Shown piece by piece: positions 18,018-26,932 of a DNA stretch of 64,000 nucleotides. The DNA comes from Polyangiales bacterium. Its GTDB lineage: Bacteria > Myxococcota_A > Polyangia > Polyangiales > Polyangiaceae. Where the stretch lies: positions 1-64,000 of the forward strand of contig JBBRNJ010000036.1 of NCBI GenBank assembly GCA_038230375.1. The letters are read 5' to 3'. Under the pieces are notes generated by a model. That model ran no database searches. It saw only the letters and a program-made list of their open reading frames with translations, and was not told the DNA's origin. Position 1 is the first letter of the stretch. The number at the start of each line of letters is the position of its first letter. The translations under genes were made by a program, and so were the position numbers.

Positions 18018-18214
18018 GTGACCTTTCGCACTCACCTTCTGCTCGCGTCATTGTGCGCCCTCGTCCTGTTCGGTGTGGTGGTCGTGGCCGCATGCTCCAC
18101 GCAGCTTTCAGCTGCGGTCAGACGCCAGGCGGCTCCTGGGACGCGGGCCCGTTACACGCTGGGCCAGGCGCTGTCGACGACGCATCCTCCGATGCTGGCG
18201 ATGCTGGCGACTGA
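18018..18214 (+). pseudogene. Small lipoprotein gene with an apparent 1-nt frameshift near 18105
   Basis: Signal peptide with lipobox VAAC in one frame. FSCGQTPGGSWDAG...DDASSDAGDAGD-stop follows in another frame. The 197-nt span is one base short of 66 codons. Confidence 0.5.
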
Positions 18215-18226
18215 CCGCCTCGAGAA

Positions 18227-18260
18227 GGATCCCGTGAACGCATCGACGCTCACGGGATCC
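18227..18260. terminator. Hairpin between the small gene and the tRNA 3' end (probable bidirectional terminator)
   Basis: GGATCCCGTGA...TCACGGGATCC perfect 11-bp arms. Confidence 0.65.
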
Positions 18261-18277
18261 CCATTTCGCTCACTCAG

Positions 18278-18351
18278 CACGCCCGGTCTGATTCGAACAG
18301 ACGACACCCGGCTTCGAAGGCCGATACTCTATCCAGCTGAGCTACGGGCGC
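18278..18351 (-). tRNA. tRNA-Arg (anticodon TCG), CCA not encoded
   Basis: Reverse complement GCGCCCG TA GCTC AGCTGGATA GAGT A TCGGC CT-TCG-AA GCCGG GTGTC GTCTG TTCGAAT CAGAC CGGGCGT G folds as a 74-nt cloverleaf. Confidence 0.95.
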
Positions 18352-18398
18352 AGACACCGTACGAATAGCCGACGCAGCCCCGTCGCGGAAGGGGGTAC

Positions 18399-18518
18399 GT
18401 CGAGGTTGAGGTCCAGGTTCACGTCGAAGTGGATGGCGAAGTCGAGGTGGGTGTTCACGTCGAGGTCGAGGTCGAGGTCGAGGTCGAGGTCGAAGTCGTG
18501 GTCGAAGTCGACGTCGCC
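18399..18518 (+). repeat. Degenerate hexamer tandem repeat (GTCGAR)x~20, intergenic
   Basis: Read directly: gtcgag gttgag gtccag ... gtcgag x5 gtcgaa. Confidence 0.9.
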
Positions 18519-18519
18519 C

Positions 18520-19242
18520 TCAGATCGCCCCGCGCATGGAGTCCGCTCTCAGCCTCCACACGACTCCCATGGCCTCCACGAAGATGCGCCGACTCATCTT
18601 CGACTTTCCCTCCGTGCGATCCACGAAGACGATCGGCACCTCTTTCACCTTCATGCCGCGCTTCACCGCGCGGTAGGTCATCTCGATCTGGAAGGAGTAC
18701 CCGTTCGACTTCACGGTCCCGAGGTCGATCGTCTCCAGGGCGCGGCGCGTGAACGCCTTGTAACCGCTGGTCAGATCCTTCACGGGCAACCCGAGGATCG
18801 TTCGCGAGTACAGCGAGCCGCCCTTGGAGATCACGTGGCGGTGCATGCCCCACCCCTCCACGCCACCGCCCGGGATGTTGCGCGAGCCGATCACCACATC
18901 CGCGCCGTCATCCAGCGCACGCACGAAATCCGGCAGGTATCGCACGTCGTGGGACAGATCCGCGTCCATCTCGAAGAAGCGGTCGTACCCCTCGCCAAGG
19001 CCCTTCTCGAACGCCTGCGTGTAGGCCGTGCCCAGGCCGAGCTTGCCGGGCCGATGCATGACGCGCACGTTCGGATCCTTCGCGGCGATATCGTCCGCGA
19101 TCTTGCCGGTCCCATCGGGCGAGTTGTCGTCCACGACCAGGATGTCCGCCTCAGGGAATGCGCCACGCACTGCAGAAATGAACCTCGGCAGGTTCGTTTT
19201 CTCGTTGTACGTGGGCGTCACGATCAGCGTCTTCGCGGACAT
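18520..19242 (-). CDS. Polyprenol monophosphomannose synthase-like GT2 glycosyltransferase
   Basis: PTYNE, VVDDNSPDGT, KLGLGTAY, MDADLSH, DLTSGYK, GYSFQIE, FVDRTEGKSKM. Confidence 0.92.
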   Translation of the reverse strand: MSAKTLIVTPTYNEKTNLPRFISAVRGAFPEADILVVDDNSPDGTGKIADDIAAKDPNVRVMHRPGKLGLGTAYTQAFEKGLGEGYDRFFEMDADLSHDVRYLPDFVRALDDGADVVIGSRNIPGGGVEGWGMHRHVISKGGSLYSRTILGLPVKDLTSGYKAFTRRALETIDLGTVKSNGYSFQIEMTYRAVKRGMKVKEVPIVFVDRTEGKSKMSRRIFVEAMGVVWRLRADSMRGAI

Positions 19243-19331
19243 GCGCCGCGTTCTAGCGCGACGCGTTGCTAATCGCAAACGTCGGTCGTTTCCAGGTTCT
19301 GAGGGGCACCGAACAGCGATAATCTCTGGCT

Positions 19332-21218
19332 GTGGCCCTCAAGTCCGAGCGTCCGCCCCCGCCGGCAGGTCCGCCGAGCGGAATGGTGCTTCCGCAGTCG
19401 CGGAAGTCGTCGGGTGGCGTCAATTTCGCGGAGCGGGTCCGCGAGCTCGAAGGGGAGCTCACCCGCGAGCGAAGGACCAGCGCCGCGCTCCGCGAAGTGG
19501 GCATCGCCCTTGGCGAGTCCATCGATCTCGACAAGCTCCTCTCCCTCATCCTGCAGAAGGTCACCGACCTGCTCGAGGCCGAGCGCGCCACGCTCTACCT
19601 GGTCGAAGAGCACAACAAGAAGGAGCTCGTCGCGCGCGTCATCCAGGGCGACGAGGTCCGCTCCATTCGCCTGCCGATCGGCGAAGGCATCGCCGGGACC
19701 GTGGCCCAGAGCGGCCGCGCGCTGCTCGTGCCGGACGCCTACAAGGATCCGCGCTTCGATCCCACCTGGGACAAGGCCTCCGGCTACCGGACCCGCTCCA
19801 TCCTTGCCGTGCCACTGAAGAACCACCTTGGCAACACCATGGGCGTGCTCCAGGTGCTCAACAAGCGCGTGGGTGAGTTCACCGATACGGACAGCATGAT
19901 CCTGACGGCGCTCGCCACGCAGGCCGCCGTCTCCATCGACAACGTCCGCCTCTTCTCGTCCGTCACGCACAAGAACATGCAGCTCCTGGAGACGAAGGAG
20001 CAGCTCGAGCATCGCGTGCGCGACCTCAAGCTCCTGTTCGACCTCGAAAGCGCGATGGGCCGCGCCAGCTCGCTCGACGAGCTCTTCCTCTCCGTCCTGC
20101 GTGAGGCGATGCGCGTCTGCGGCGCCAAGGCAGGCGCGTTCGCGTTGCGCGACGGTGCGCACGGAAAGCTCACCGTGCATGTGATGGAAGGGCCGAAAAA
20201 AGCCCTGCGGCGTGAGGTCCTCGCGGACAGCCTGGCCCTTGTTGATCACGCCATGGTCGAGAACGACGTCGCGCTCATCAACGACGACCGCCGCGACGCG
20301 CCGGGCGCAAAGCTCATCTCCAACGCATTGGGTGTAGACTGCACGAATGCCATCGCCGTCCCGCTAGAGGGGGAGGAAGAGAACGCCATGGGCGCGCTCA
20401 TCCTCATGAACAAGAAGAACGCGGTCGGCTTCGGCGACGAGGACCAGGCGCTGCTCGTGCTCGTGGCGGCGAACGCCAGCACGTCCATCCGGCTCCAGCT
20501 GGCGCGCGAATCACGCGAGCGCGAGGAGCGCCTCACGACCATCGGGCGGCTGCTCTCTGGCGTGGTGCACGACCTGCGCACGCCGCTCTCGGTGATCAGC
20601 GGCTACGTGCAGCTCATGTCGCACACGGATGACCGCGGCGCGCGCGAGGAGTACGCGGAGCTTGCGCACAAGCAGTTCGAGCACATCATGGCCATGCAGC
20701 GCGACGTGCTGGAGTTCGCGCGCGGTGAGCGCACGCTGCTCGTCCGCAAGGTCTACCTTGCCACGTTCGCGGAGGAGCTGCAGTCGGAGCTGGGCACGGA
20801 GCTCGCGCGGCGCGGCGTGGAGCTCGTCATCGACGTGAAGGACAGAGGCACCGCCCGCTTTGACGAGCAGAAGATCCGCCGCGTCGTCCACAACCTGGCG
20901 CGCAACGCGATGGAGGCCATGAGTGACCGCACCGATCGAAGCGAGAAGGCTCGCGGCGGCGTCTTCACCATCACCATCGGCAAGGACCGCGAGGGCTCCG
21001 TCGTCCTCACGTTCTCGGATACGGGCCCCGGCATCCCGAAGGACATCGAGCACCGCCTCTTCCAGTCCTTCGTCACCAGCGGAAAACAAGGTGGTACCGG
21101 CCTTGACCTGGCCATCGTGCGACGCGTGGCGGAAGAGCACGGCGGCACCGTGAGCGTGAGCTCCTCCGCGAAGGGCGCGACCTTCAAGCTGAAGCTCCCG
21201 CAGACGCAGGATCCCTGA
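19332..21218 (+). CDS. Cytoplasmic double-GAF sensor histidine kinase
   Basis: GAF motifs (GEGIAG..DAYKDPRF..GYRTRSIL, VLNK), H-box HDLRTPL, N box, DTGPGIP, G2 box GTGLDL. Confidence 0.92.
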   Translation: MALKSERPPPPAGPPSGMVLPQSRKSSGGVNFAERVRELEGELTRERRTSAALREVGIALGESIDLDKLLSLILQKVTDLLEAERATLYLVEEHNKKELVARVIQGDEVRSIRLPIGEGIAGTVAQSGRALLVPDAYKDPRFDPTWDKASGYRTRSILAVPLKNHLGNTMGVLQVLNKRVGEFTDTDSMILTALATQAAVSIDNVRLFSSVTHKNMQLLETKEQLEHRVRDLKLLFDLESAMGRASSLDELFLSVLREAMRVCGAKAGAFALRDGAHGKLTVHVMEGPKKALRREVLADSLALVDHAMVENDVALINDDRRDAPGAKLISNALGVDCTNAIAVPLEGEEENAMGALILMNKKNAVGFGDEDQALLVLVAANASTSIRLQLARESREREERLTTIGRLLSGVVHDLRTPLSVISGYVQLMSHTDDRGAREEYAELAHKQFEHIMAMQRDVLEFARGERTLLVRKVYLATFAEELQSELGTELARRGVELVIDVKDRGTARFDEQKIRRVVHNLARNAMEAMSDRTDRSEKARGGVFTITIGKDREGSVVLTFSDTGPGIPKDIEHRLFQSFVTSGKQGGTGLDLAIVRRVAEEHGGTVSVSSSAKGATFKLKLPQTQDP

Positions 21219-21220
21219 GC

Positions 21221-22543
21221 ATGCACGTTTGCCGTGGGCCCTTTGTTCGAGACGGCGCGCGGCTTCCGGTGATGTTCGGCGCTCTCACCTTGCTCACCAC
21301 GTTCGCGGTGGGCGCTGTCAGCGGGGCGGCTCGCGCCGACGCTGACCTGCCCCCATGGACGGACGCGGACGACGTCCCGTTCCCCACGTGGGTGCACTCG
21401 GTGTCGCCAAAGCGTGTCGAGGTGCCGATCTACAGCGCGCCCGGCGCCGTCAACGACCGCCGAGGGACGCCCATGCTCGAGGCGAAGCTCCCCATCTTCG
21501 CAGCGTCGCGCGCGGGCGGCTGCACCGGCCGCTGGTATATGGTCGGCCCCATGGCATGGGTGTGCAGCGATCAGCTGAACCTGCTCGCCGATCCACCTTC
21601 TGCGCCAGAGCCGCAGAAGAACCAGGACGGCCTGCCGTTCCGCTACTACTTCGTCGGCAAGAACGGCGCGTCCGGATTCCTCAACCTGGGTCGCGCGCTG
21701 GACGATCCGCCCGACCAGGAGCTCTTGCCTGGCTGGGCGATCGGCGCCAGTGAGGAGCGCGACGCTCACGGAGAGCACTGGGTGCTGACGAACCACGGAA
21801 AATGGATCGCCTCGCGCGAGCTCGGTCCCGCGCATCCGTTCGCGTTCGAGGGCGAGACGCTCGAGGGCGCGGTGGACGTGGGCTGGGTCTCGGTCGATCG
21901 CGCGAATGTGTATTCTGCAAGTAAAAATGGAAAGGTCACGGGCACCCGCGTGCTGCGCGAGGTCGTGCACACGTTCGAGCATGCAGGCGAGAGCGGCGCC
22001 GCGATGGTGCGCGTCACTGCGGACGGGGCATCGCCAGGCTGGATGCGCGGACGTGATCTGATTCGCCCCACGGCGGCTCCACCGCCCGATGAGGCCGGAG
22101 GCAACGCGCTCCGCGAGAGGTGGATCGACGTGGACACGCAGACGCAGACGCTCGTGGCGTACGAGGGCACGCGGCCGGTCTTCGCGACGCTCGTCTCCAC
22201 GGGCAAGGGCGCGCGCGGGTCGCCAACGGCCACGCGCCTCGGCAGCCATCGCATCTGGGTGAAGCTCGTCTCCACCAACATGGGCAACCTGGAGAACGAG
22301 GACGCGGACGAGCACTATTCGATCGAGGACGTACCCTGGGTGCAGTTCTTCGACAAGGCGATCGCCCTGCACGGCGCGTTCTGGCACCGCGACTTCGGGC
22401 ACGTCCACAGCCACGGCTGCGTGAACCTGGCCCCGCGGGATGCGGCATGGCTCTTCCACTTCACGGGACCACACCTTCCTCGGGGTTGGATCGCTGCGTT
22501 GCCCACGGACCTGGAACGTGGGACCTGGGTCCGCGTGCGCTGA
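21221..22543 (+). CDS. L,D-transpeptidase (YkuD domain)
   Basis: WIDVD...QTL.AYEG, VSTG, ALHGAFWH.DFG...SHGCVNL. Confidence 0.9.
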   Translation: MHVCRGPFVRDGARLPVMFGALTLLTTFAVGAVSGAARADADLPPWTDADDVPFPTWVHSVSPKRVEVPIYSAPGAVNDRRGTPMLEAKLPIFAASRAGGCTGRWYMVGPMAWVCSDQLNLLADPPSAPEPQKNQDGLPFRYYFVGKNGASGFLNLGRALDDPPDQELLPGWAIGASEERDAHGEHWVLTNHGKWIASRELGPAHPFAFEGETLEGAVDVGWVSVDRANVYSASKNGKVTGTRVLREVVHTFEHAGESGAAMVRVTADGASPGWMRGRDLIRPTAAPPPDEAGGNALRERWIDVDTQTQTLVAYEGTRPVFATLVSTGKGARGSPTATRLGSHRIWVKLVSTNMGNLENEDADEHYSIEDVPWVQFFDKAIALHGAFWHRDFGHVHSHGCVNLAPRDAAWLFHFTGPHLPRGWIAALPTDLERGTWVRVR

Positions 22544-22655
22544 AAAGCCAAAAAGGACCCGGGAAAGCTCAAGGGGGTTGAGGTTTGCAAGGCGAAACGG
22601 TAAGGCACTGCACCTGGCCGCCCGTCCGGGCGCACACCTTGGAGTTGGTCTCGAC

Positions 22656-23252
22656 ATGGTCACCTGGAACACCCGCACCGTCCTCGTCTGCGCCGTCACG
22701 ATGGTCCTCACGACGGGCCTCGTCGTCTCGGGCTGCAGCGATGATTCGACCAACGCGAGCCCGGCGGAGGCTGGGACCACGTGCCCGGCGACGTTCGAAG
22801 AGGCCAACACGCGCTTCTGCAACACGGAAGGCCTTCGCTGCACCTTCCAGTATTATTGCACCGGCAATCTCTACCAGATCGCCAACTGCAACTGCACCGG
22901 CGGCAAGTTCGCCTGCTACGACCAGAGCGCTCCCGCCACGCCCATTGCCGCAAACGCCGCGCCGGCCTGCGTGAACGCGAACAACACCAAGGACGAGCCC
23001 TGCCCCGCATCGTTCGACAGCGCGGATGGTGTCGCCTGCCACGTCGCCGGCAAGACGTGCCAGTACGCGGGCCAGGTGTGTGAGGGCTTCCAGCTCAACG
23101 ATCATTGCCAGTGCGTCGCTGGTGGCAACGGCAGCGGCGGCGCCGATGCGGGCCTCGCGTACAAGTGCGAGAAGAACCTCTGCTCCCTCGAGGGCGGCGG
23201 CCCCGCCACGGACTCCGGCACCATCCAGGACGCGTCCACTGACGGCGGCTGA
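22656..23252 (+). CDS. Cys-rich lipoprotein with two internal repeats
   Basis: Lipobox VSGC; CPATF..A...C...G..C.F and CPASF..A...C...G..C.Y. Confidence 0.7.
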   Translation: MVTWNTRTVLVCAVTMVLTTGLVVSGCSDDSTNASPAEAGTTCPATFEEANTRFCNTEGLRCTFQYYCTGNLYQIANCNCTGGKFACYDQSAPATPIAANAAPACVNANNTKDEPCPASFDSADGVACHVAGKTCQYAGQVCEGFQLNDHCQCVAGGNGSGGADAGLAYKCEKNLCSLEGGGPATDSGTIQDASTDGG

Positions 23253-23312
23253 GGCCATCGCAGGTTGCGCCGCAGGTTGCATCGGAGCGCGCGACAATAG
23301 GGGAGCGCACGC

Positions 23313-25031
23313 ATGATCTCTGTCGTCGCCGCGGTCCGAGATCTGGCGCGCCTTCGTGAGATCACCAGCGTGCTTGCCCGCCATGGATTCGGCGAGCTCG
23401 TCACGCGCGCGGGCTTTGGCCGCACGAAGAAGAAGAACGCGGACGGGCAGACAGTGCCGCCGCCGCCGGATGCGCAGAACACGCCTGAAATGCTGGGCGA
23501 AGAGCTCGCGCGAGGCGAGGAAGAGAAGACGAAGATCAGCCGCGGCGAGCGCGTGCGGCTCGTCATCCAGGATCTCGGACCGTCGTTCATCAAGCTCGGA
23601 CAGATCGCGAGCACGCGCGCCGACCTCGTGCCGGAAGACATCCTGAAGGAGCTCAGGAAGCTCCAGGACGAGGTGCCGCCCATTCCGTACGAGGACGTGA
23701 AGAAGGTCGTGGAGAGCAGCCTCGGGGCGCCCATAGGCTCCTTGTACAAGCGCTTCGAGGAGCAGCCGCTCGCCACGGCCTCCATCGGCCAGGTGCACCG
23801 CGCCACTCTTGTGACCCCCGACGGTGACCACGAGGTCGTCGTGAAGGTCCAGCGCCCCGGTGTCGCCGAGACCGTCGCGCGCGACATCGAGCTCCTCCAC
23901 ATCCTCGCGGCGGCCGCGGAGCGCGCCATCCCGGAGGCAAAGTTCTACTCGCCGGTGGGCCTGGTCGCCCAGTTCGACCGCTCGATCATGAGCGAGCTGA
24001 ACTACCAGGTAGAGGCGGAGCACGCGGAGCGCTTCGCCAAGAACTTCGACGGCGACACCCGCGTCCGGTTCCCGCGCGTCTACAAGGAGGTCTCCTCGAA
24101 GCACGTGCTGACGATGGAGTTCTTCGACGGGAAGAAGGTCGACAAGGCCCTTGCCAGTGGGTACTCGGGGCCGACGATCGCGAAGACCTCGGTGGGCGTG
24201 ATCATCAAGATGATCTTCGAGGACGGCTTTTTTCATGCCGATCCGCATCCGGGCAACATCATCATCCTGGGCACGCCAGAGGCGCCCGTGTTCGGGCTCA
24301 TCGACCTTGGCATGATTGGCCGGCTCTCGCCCGAGCTACGCGAAGGCATCACGGACCTCATGCTCGCGGCCGCGCGCAAGGACAGCTACGCCGTCGCGGA
24401 CGCGCTCTACAGGGTCGGCAAGCCCACGCGCAAGGTCGACATGAAGGAGTACCGTTCGGAGGTCTCGGCCCTTGCCGAGAAGTACCTCGGCAAGCCGCTG
24501 AAGGAGCTCGACATCGGCGCGCTCCTGCGCGATCTGGTGCAGGGGGCGGTGAAATACGGTATCGAGATCCCGAGCGACTTCATGATGGCCGGCAAGGCGC
24601 TCATGACGCTGGACGGGATCGGCAAGCAGCTCGACCCCGACCTGGATCTCTTCGGCGAGGCCACACCCTATTTCACCGCGCTGCTCCGAAAGCGCTACTC
24701 GCCGCAGCGCATTGGCAACGAGCTCATTCGCGGCGTGGAGCAGCTCTCGCGTGTGAGCCATGATCTGCCTGCGCACCTCACGGAGGTGCTGGATGATCTG
24801 CGCCTTGGCCGTCTCTCCGTGAAGGCCCACGATCCCCAGATGTCCGTCACGGCGGACCGCCTGGGTCGCCGCATCTTCTCGGGCCTCGTGATCGCCGCGC
24901 TGGTGGGCGCAGGCGCCATCATGGTGCGCTCGGATGACCACCCCAACTTCGGCATCACCCTCCTGGTCGTCGCGGCGCTTGGCTGGCTCGTACATGTGCT
25001 CGGCGACCTCCGTCGCGGCCGCACCAAGTAG
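23313..25031 (+). CDS. ABC1/UbiB (AarF) family atypical kinase
   Basis: LGPSFIKLGQ, PLATASIGQVH, VVKVQRP, FFHADPHPGN, IDLGMIG; C-terminal TM helices. Confidence 0.93.
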   Translation: MISVVAAVRDLARLREITSVLARHGFGELVTRAGFGRTKKKNADGQTVPPPPDAQNTPEMLGEELARGEEEKTKISRGERVRLVIQDLGPSFIKLGQIASTRADLVPEDILKELRKLQDEVPPIPYEDVKKVVESSLGAPIGSLYKRFEEQPLATASIGQVHRATLVTPDGDHEVVVKVQRPGVAETVARDIELLHILAAAAERAIPEAKFYSPVGLVAQFDRSIMSELNYQVEAEHAERFAKNFDGDTRVRFPRVYKEVSSKHVLTMEFFDGKKVDKALASGYSGPTIAKTSVGVIIKMIFEDGFFHADPHPGNIIILGTPEAPVFGLIDLGMIGRLSPELREGITDLMLAAARKDSYAVADALYRVGKPTRKVDMKEYRSEVSALAEKYLGKPLKELDIGALLRDLVQGAVKYGIEIPSDFMMAGKALMTLDGIGKQLDPDLDLFGEATPYFTALLRKRYSPQRIGNELIRGVEQLSRVSHDLPAHLTEVLDDLRLGRLSVKAHDPQMSVTADRLGRRIFSGLVIAALVGAGAIMVRSDDHPNFGITLLVVAALGWLVHVLGDLRRGRTK

Positions 25032-25069
25032 TCCGCAGGGACCGAGAGCTCGCGCGCGCTTCGCGAGAC

Positions 25070-25103
25070 AAAATGAAAACGGGAGCCCGTGAGAGCTCCC
25101 GTT
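25070..25103 (-). terminator. Rho-independent terminator after atpE
   Basis: AACGGGAGC..GCTCCCGTT stem; minus-strand tail TTTTCATTTT. Confidence 0.75.
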
Positions 25104-25134
25104 CTTGCGTCGCGCCTCTTTCGAGGGCGTTCGT

Positions 25135-25482
25135 TCAGTTACCGCCCGCGATGTTGCGGAGGAAGAACGCGATGACGAACGAGAGGAGCACGAGCGACTC
25201 GATGAGGGCCAGGCCGAGGATCATCGGCGTCTGGATGCGCGCCGCGGCGCCCGGGTTACGCGAGATGCCTTCGAGCGCAGCAGCGGCCGCGCGGCCCTGC
25301 CCGAGCGCGCCACCGAGCACGCCAACGCCGATCGCAAGGCCCGCGCCCATGGCGGCCCACGCCTTCACATCAGCAGGGGTGCTGGCGCCGTCGGCCGCAA
25401 ACGCGAGGACGGGGGTGAGGAGGACAATCGCTGCGGCGAGCAGTGCAGTCGTCGCGGGGCCAAGCTTCTTCAAGGTCGACAT
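25135..25482 (-). CDS. atpE: ATP synthase F0 subunit c with N-terminal extension
   Basis: [32 protein letters not shown]. Confidence 0.95.
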   Translation of the reverse strand: MSTLKKLGPATTALLAAAIVLLTPVLAFAADGASTPADVKAWAAMGAGLAIGVGVLGGALGQGRAAAAALEGISRNPGAAARIQTPMILGLALIESLVLLSFVIAFFLRNIAGGN

Positions 25483-25621
25483 CTCAGTAGCTCCTTCAGG
25501 GAATCTGTAGCGGCTGGCAGGCTCGTATCGATGCTGCGCGGCGCCTTTTAGTAAGTTTTTTGAGAGGTGTATAGGGCGTAATTGGAGAGCGTAATTTGGG
25601 TGCGCGTAGACGTGGCGCGAA

Positions 25622-26458
25622 TCAGTGCGCGGCTGCCTTTTCGCCGTGCGCGTCCGCGTCCGAATGCGACTCGCCGTGGTCGTCGTGACCCTCCGTGGCG
25701 AGCGTGATGTAGATCGACGTGAGCAGTGTGAACACCAGCGTCTGCACGACGCAAACGAGCGTGCCCAGCATCATGATGGGGATCGGCAGGAACAGCGCGA
25801 ACATGCCGAGCATGATCGACGCGAGCAGGTGGTCGACCGCGATGTTGAGCATCAAACGAATGCCGAGCGTGATCGGCCGGATGATGAACGTCGAGAGGAA
25901 CTCGATCCCGAAGATGAGCACGTTGATCGGGATGAACACCGGGCCCATCCACGGTCCGAACAGGTGCGAGATGAAGCCGAAGCCGTTCTCCTTGAACCCG
26001 AAGTAGGTGAACGCGACGAGCGACACGATCGCGCACCCGAACGTGATGCTCAGCGTGGCCGTGGGCGGCAAGAAGCCAGGGATCAGGCCCAGCATGTTCG
26101 AGAAGAAGATGAAGCAGGCGAGCGTGCCCACGATGGGGAAGTAACGCTGCGCGCGCTTCGGCCCCATCATGTCCTTCATCATGTCGTAGAAGTAGCCGAC
26201 GAAGAGCTCCCAGAACGTGCGGAGCGTGAGCTTGTCGTCCGGGATGATGGACTGATTGTGGTTCTGGATCGCCTTGCGGGCCATCAGCGCGAGCGCGATC
26301 ACGAGCACGACCACGAACAGGCTCGCCGTGATCGGCTCCGCGTGGTGCTCGCCCACGGGCTGCCCGCCCACGAACGTGTGGCCCAGGTTCTTCATGTTCT
26401 CGCCCAGGGCGGGGAACATGGAGATGAGGTAGCTCAAAAATGAGGTGTGCTCAGGCAT
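25622..26458 (-). CDS. atpB: ATP synthase F0 subunit a
   Basis: [40 protein letters not shown]. Confidence 0.95.
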   Translation of the reverse strand: MPEHTSFLSYLISMFPALGENMKNLGHTFVGGQPVGEHHAEPITASLFVVVLVIALALMARKAIQNHNQSIIPDDKLTLRTFWELFVGYFYDMMKDMMGPKRAQRYFPIVGTLACFIFFSNMLGLIPGFLPPTATLSITFGCAIVSLVAFTYFGFKENGFGFISHLFGPWMGPVFIPINVLIFGIEFLSTFIIRPITLGIRLMLNIAVDHLLASIMLGMFALFLPIPIMMLGTLVCVVQTLVFTLLTSIYITLATEGHDDHGESHSDADAHGEKAAAH

Positions 26459-26551
26459 GTCGGGCGCGTTCCTAACACGAGGGCGCCCGTGGGGTCGAGG
26501 GCCCTTCTGACAGCGCACATGGGGCCCATCCGCGGGGCCGACAAGGGGGGA

Positions 26552-26866
26552 CTATTTGCCGGCAGGCGGGTCGTCGTGCGGCTTTTCTTCGTCGGGCGGT
26601 GGGGTGTCGTCCCACGGGTCCTCGCCGCGCTCCTGCGCTTCTTCGCGCTCGACGTCCTTCTCCATCCGCTTCGCAGCGACCCAGAGCGCCTTGAAGCCTG
26701 CGTAGCAGCCCACGAGGAAGCCAACGCCCGCGAGCCAACCCTTCGTGCCGAAGCGATTGTCGAGCCAGTGGCCGCCGTAGTAGCCCAGCCCGATCGAGAG
26801 GACGAGCTCGATGCCGACCGACCCATAACGGCCGTACGCACGCCAGGGCTTTCGCGACCGCGCCAT
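26552..26866 (-). CDS. atpZ: AtpZ/AtpI family protein
   Basis: VGIELVLSIGLGYYGGHWLDNRFGT..WL..G; directly upstream of atpB. Confidence 0.8.
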   Translation of the reverse strand: MARSRKPWRAYGRYGSVGIELVLSIGLGYYGGHWLDNRFGTKGWLAGVGFLVGCYAGFKALWVAAKRMEKDVEREEAQERGEDPWDDTPPPDEEKPHDDPPAGK

Positions 26867-26932
26867 GAAGAGCGCGTACCACCGCGCGCGCGCCTTCGCC
26901 ATCCCCTTGGCGTTTGGCTATGCTTCGATCAT

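Noticed and set aside
14000..18277. att direct repeat of the tRNA 3' end, or an integrase
   Set aside because: No duplicate of the tRNA 3' sequence found by eye, and no recombinase ORF
18429..18752. Poly-VE peptide ORFs (also 27999..28565)
   Set aside because: They overlap real genes antisense and have no RBS; a by-product of the repeat
22560..22635. GGCGAAA...GCCGCCCGTCCGGGCG resembling the 3' hairpin of a ZTP riboswitch
   Set aside because: The conserved GACUG and GUGG/CCAC elements are missing, and the downstream gene is not purine- or folate-related
25135..25482. Na+-translocating c subunit
   Set aside because: Has Q and ES but lacks the following Thr and Tyr of the Na+-binding signature
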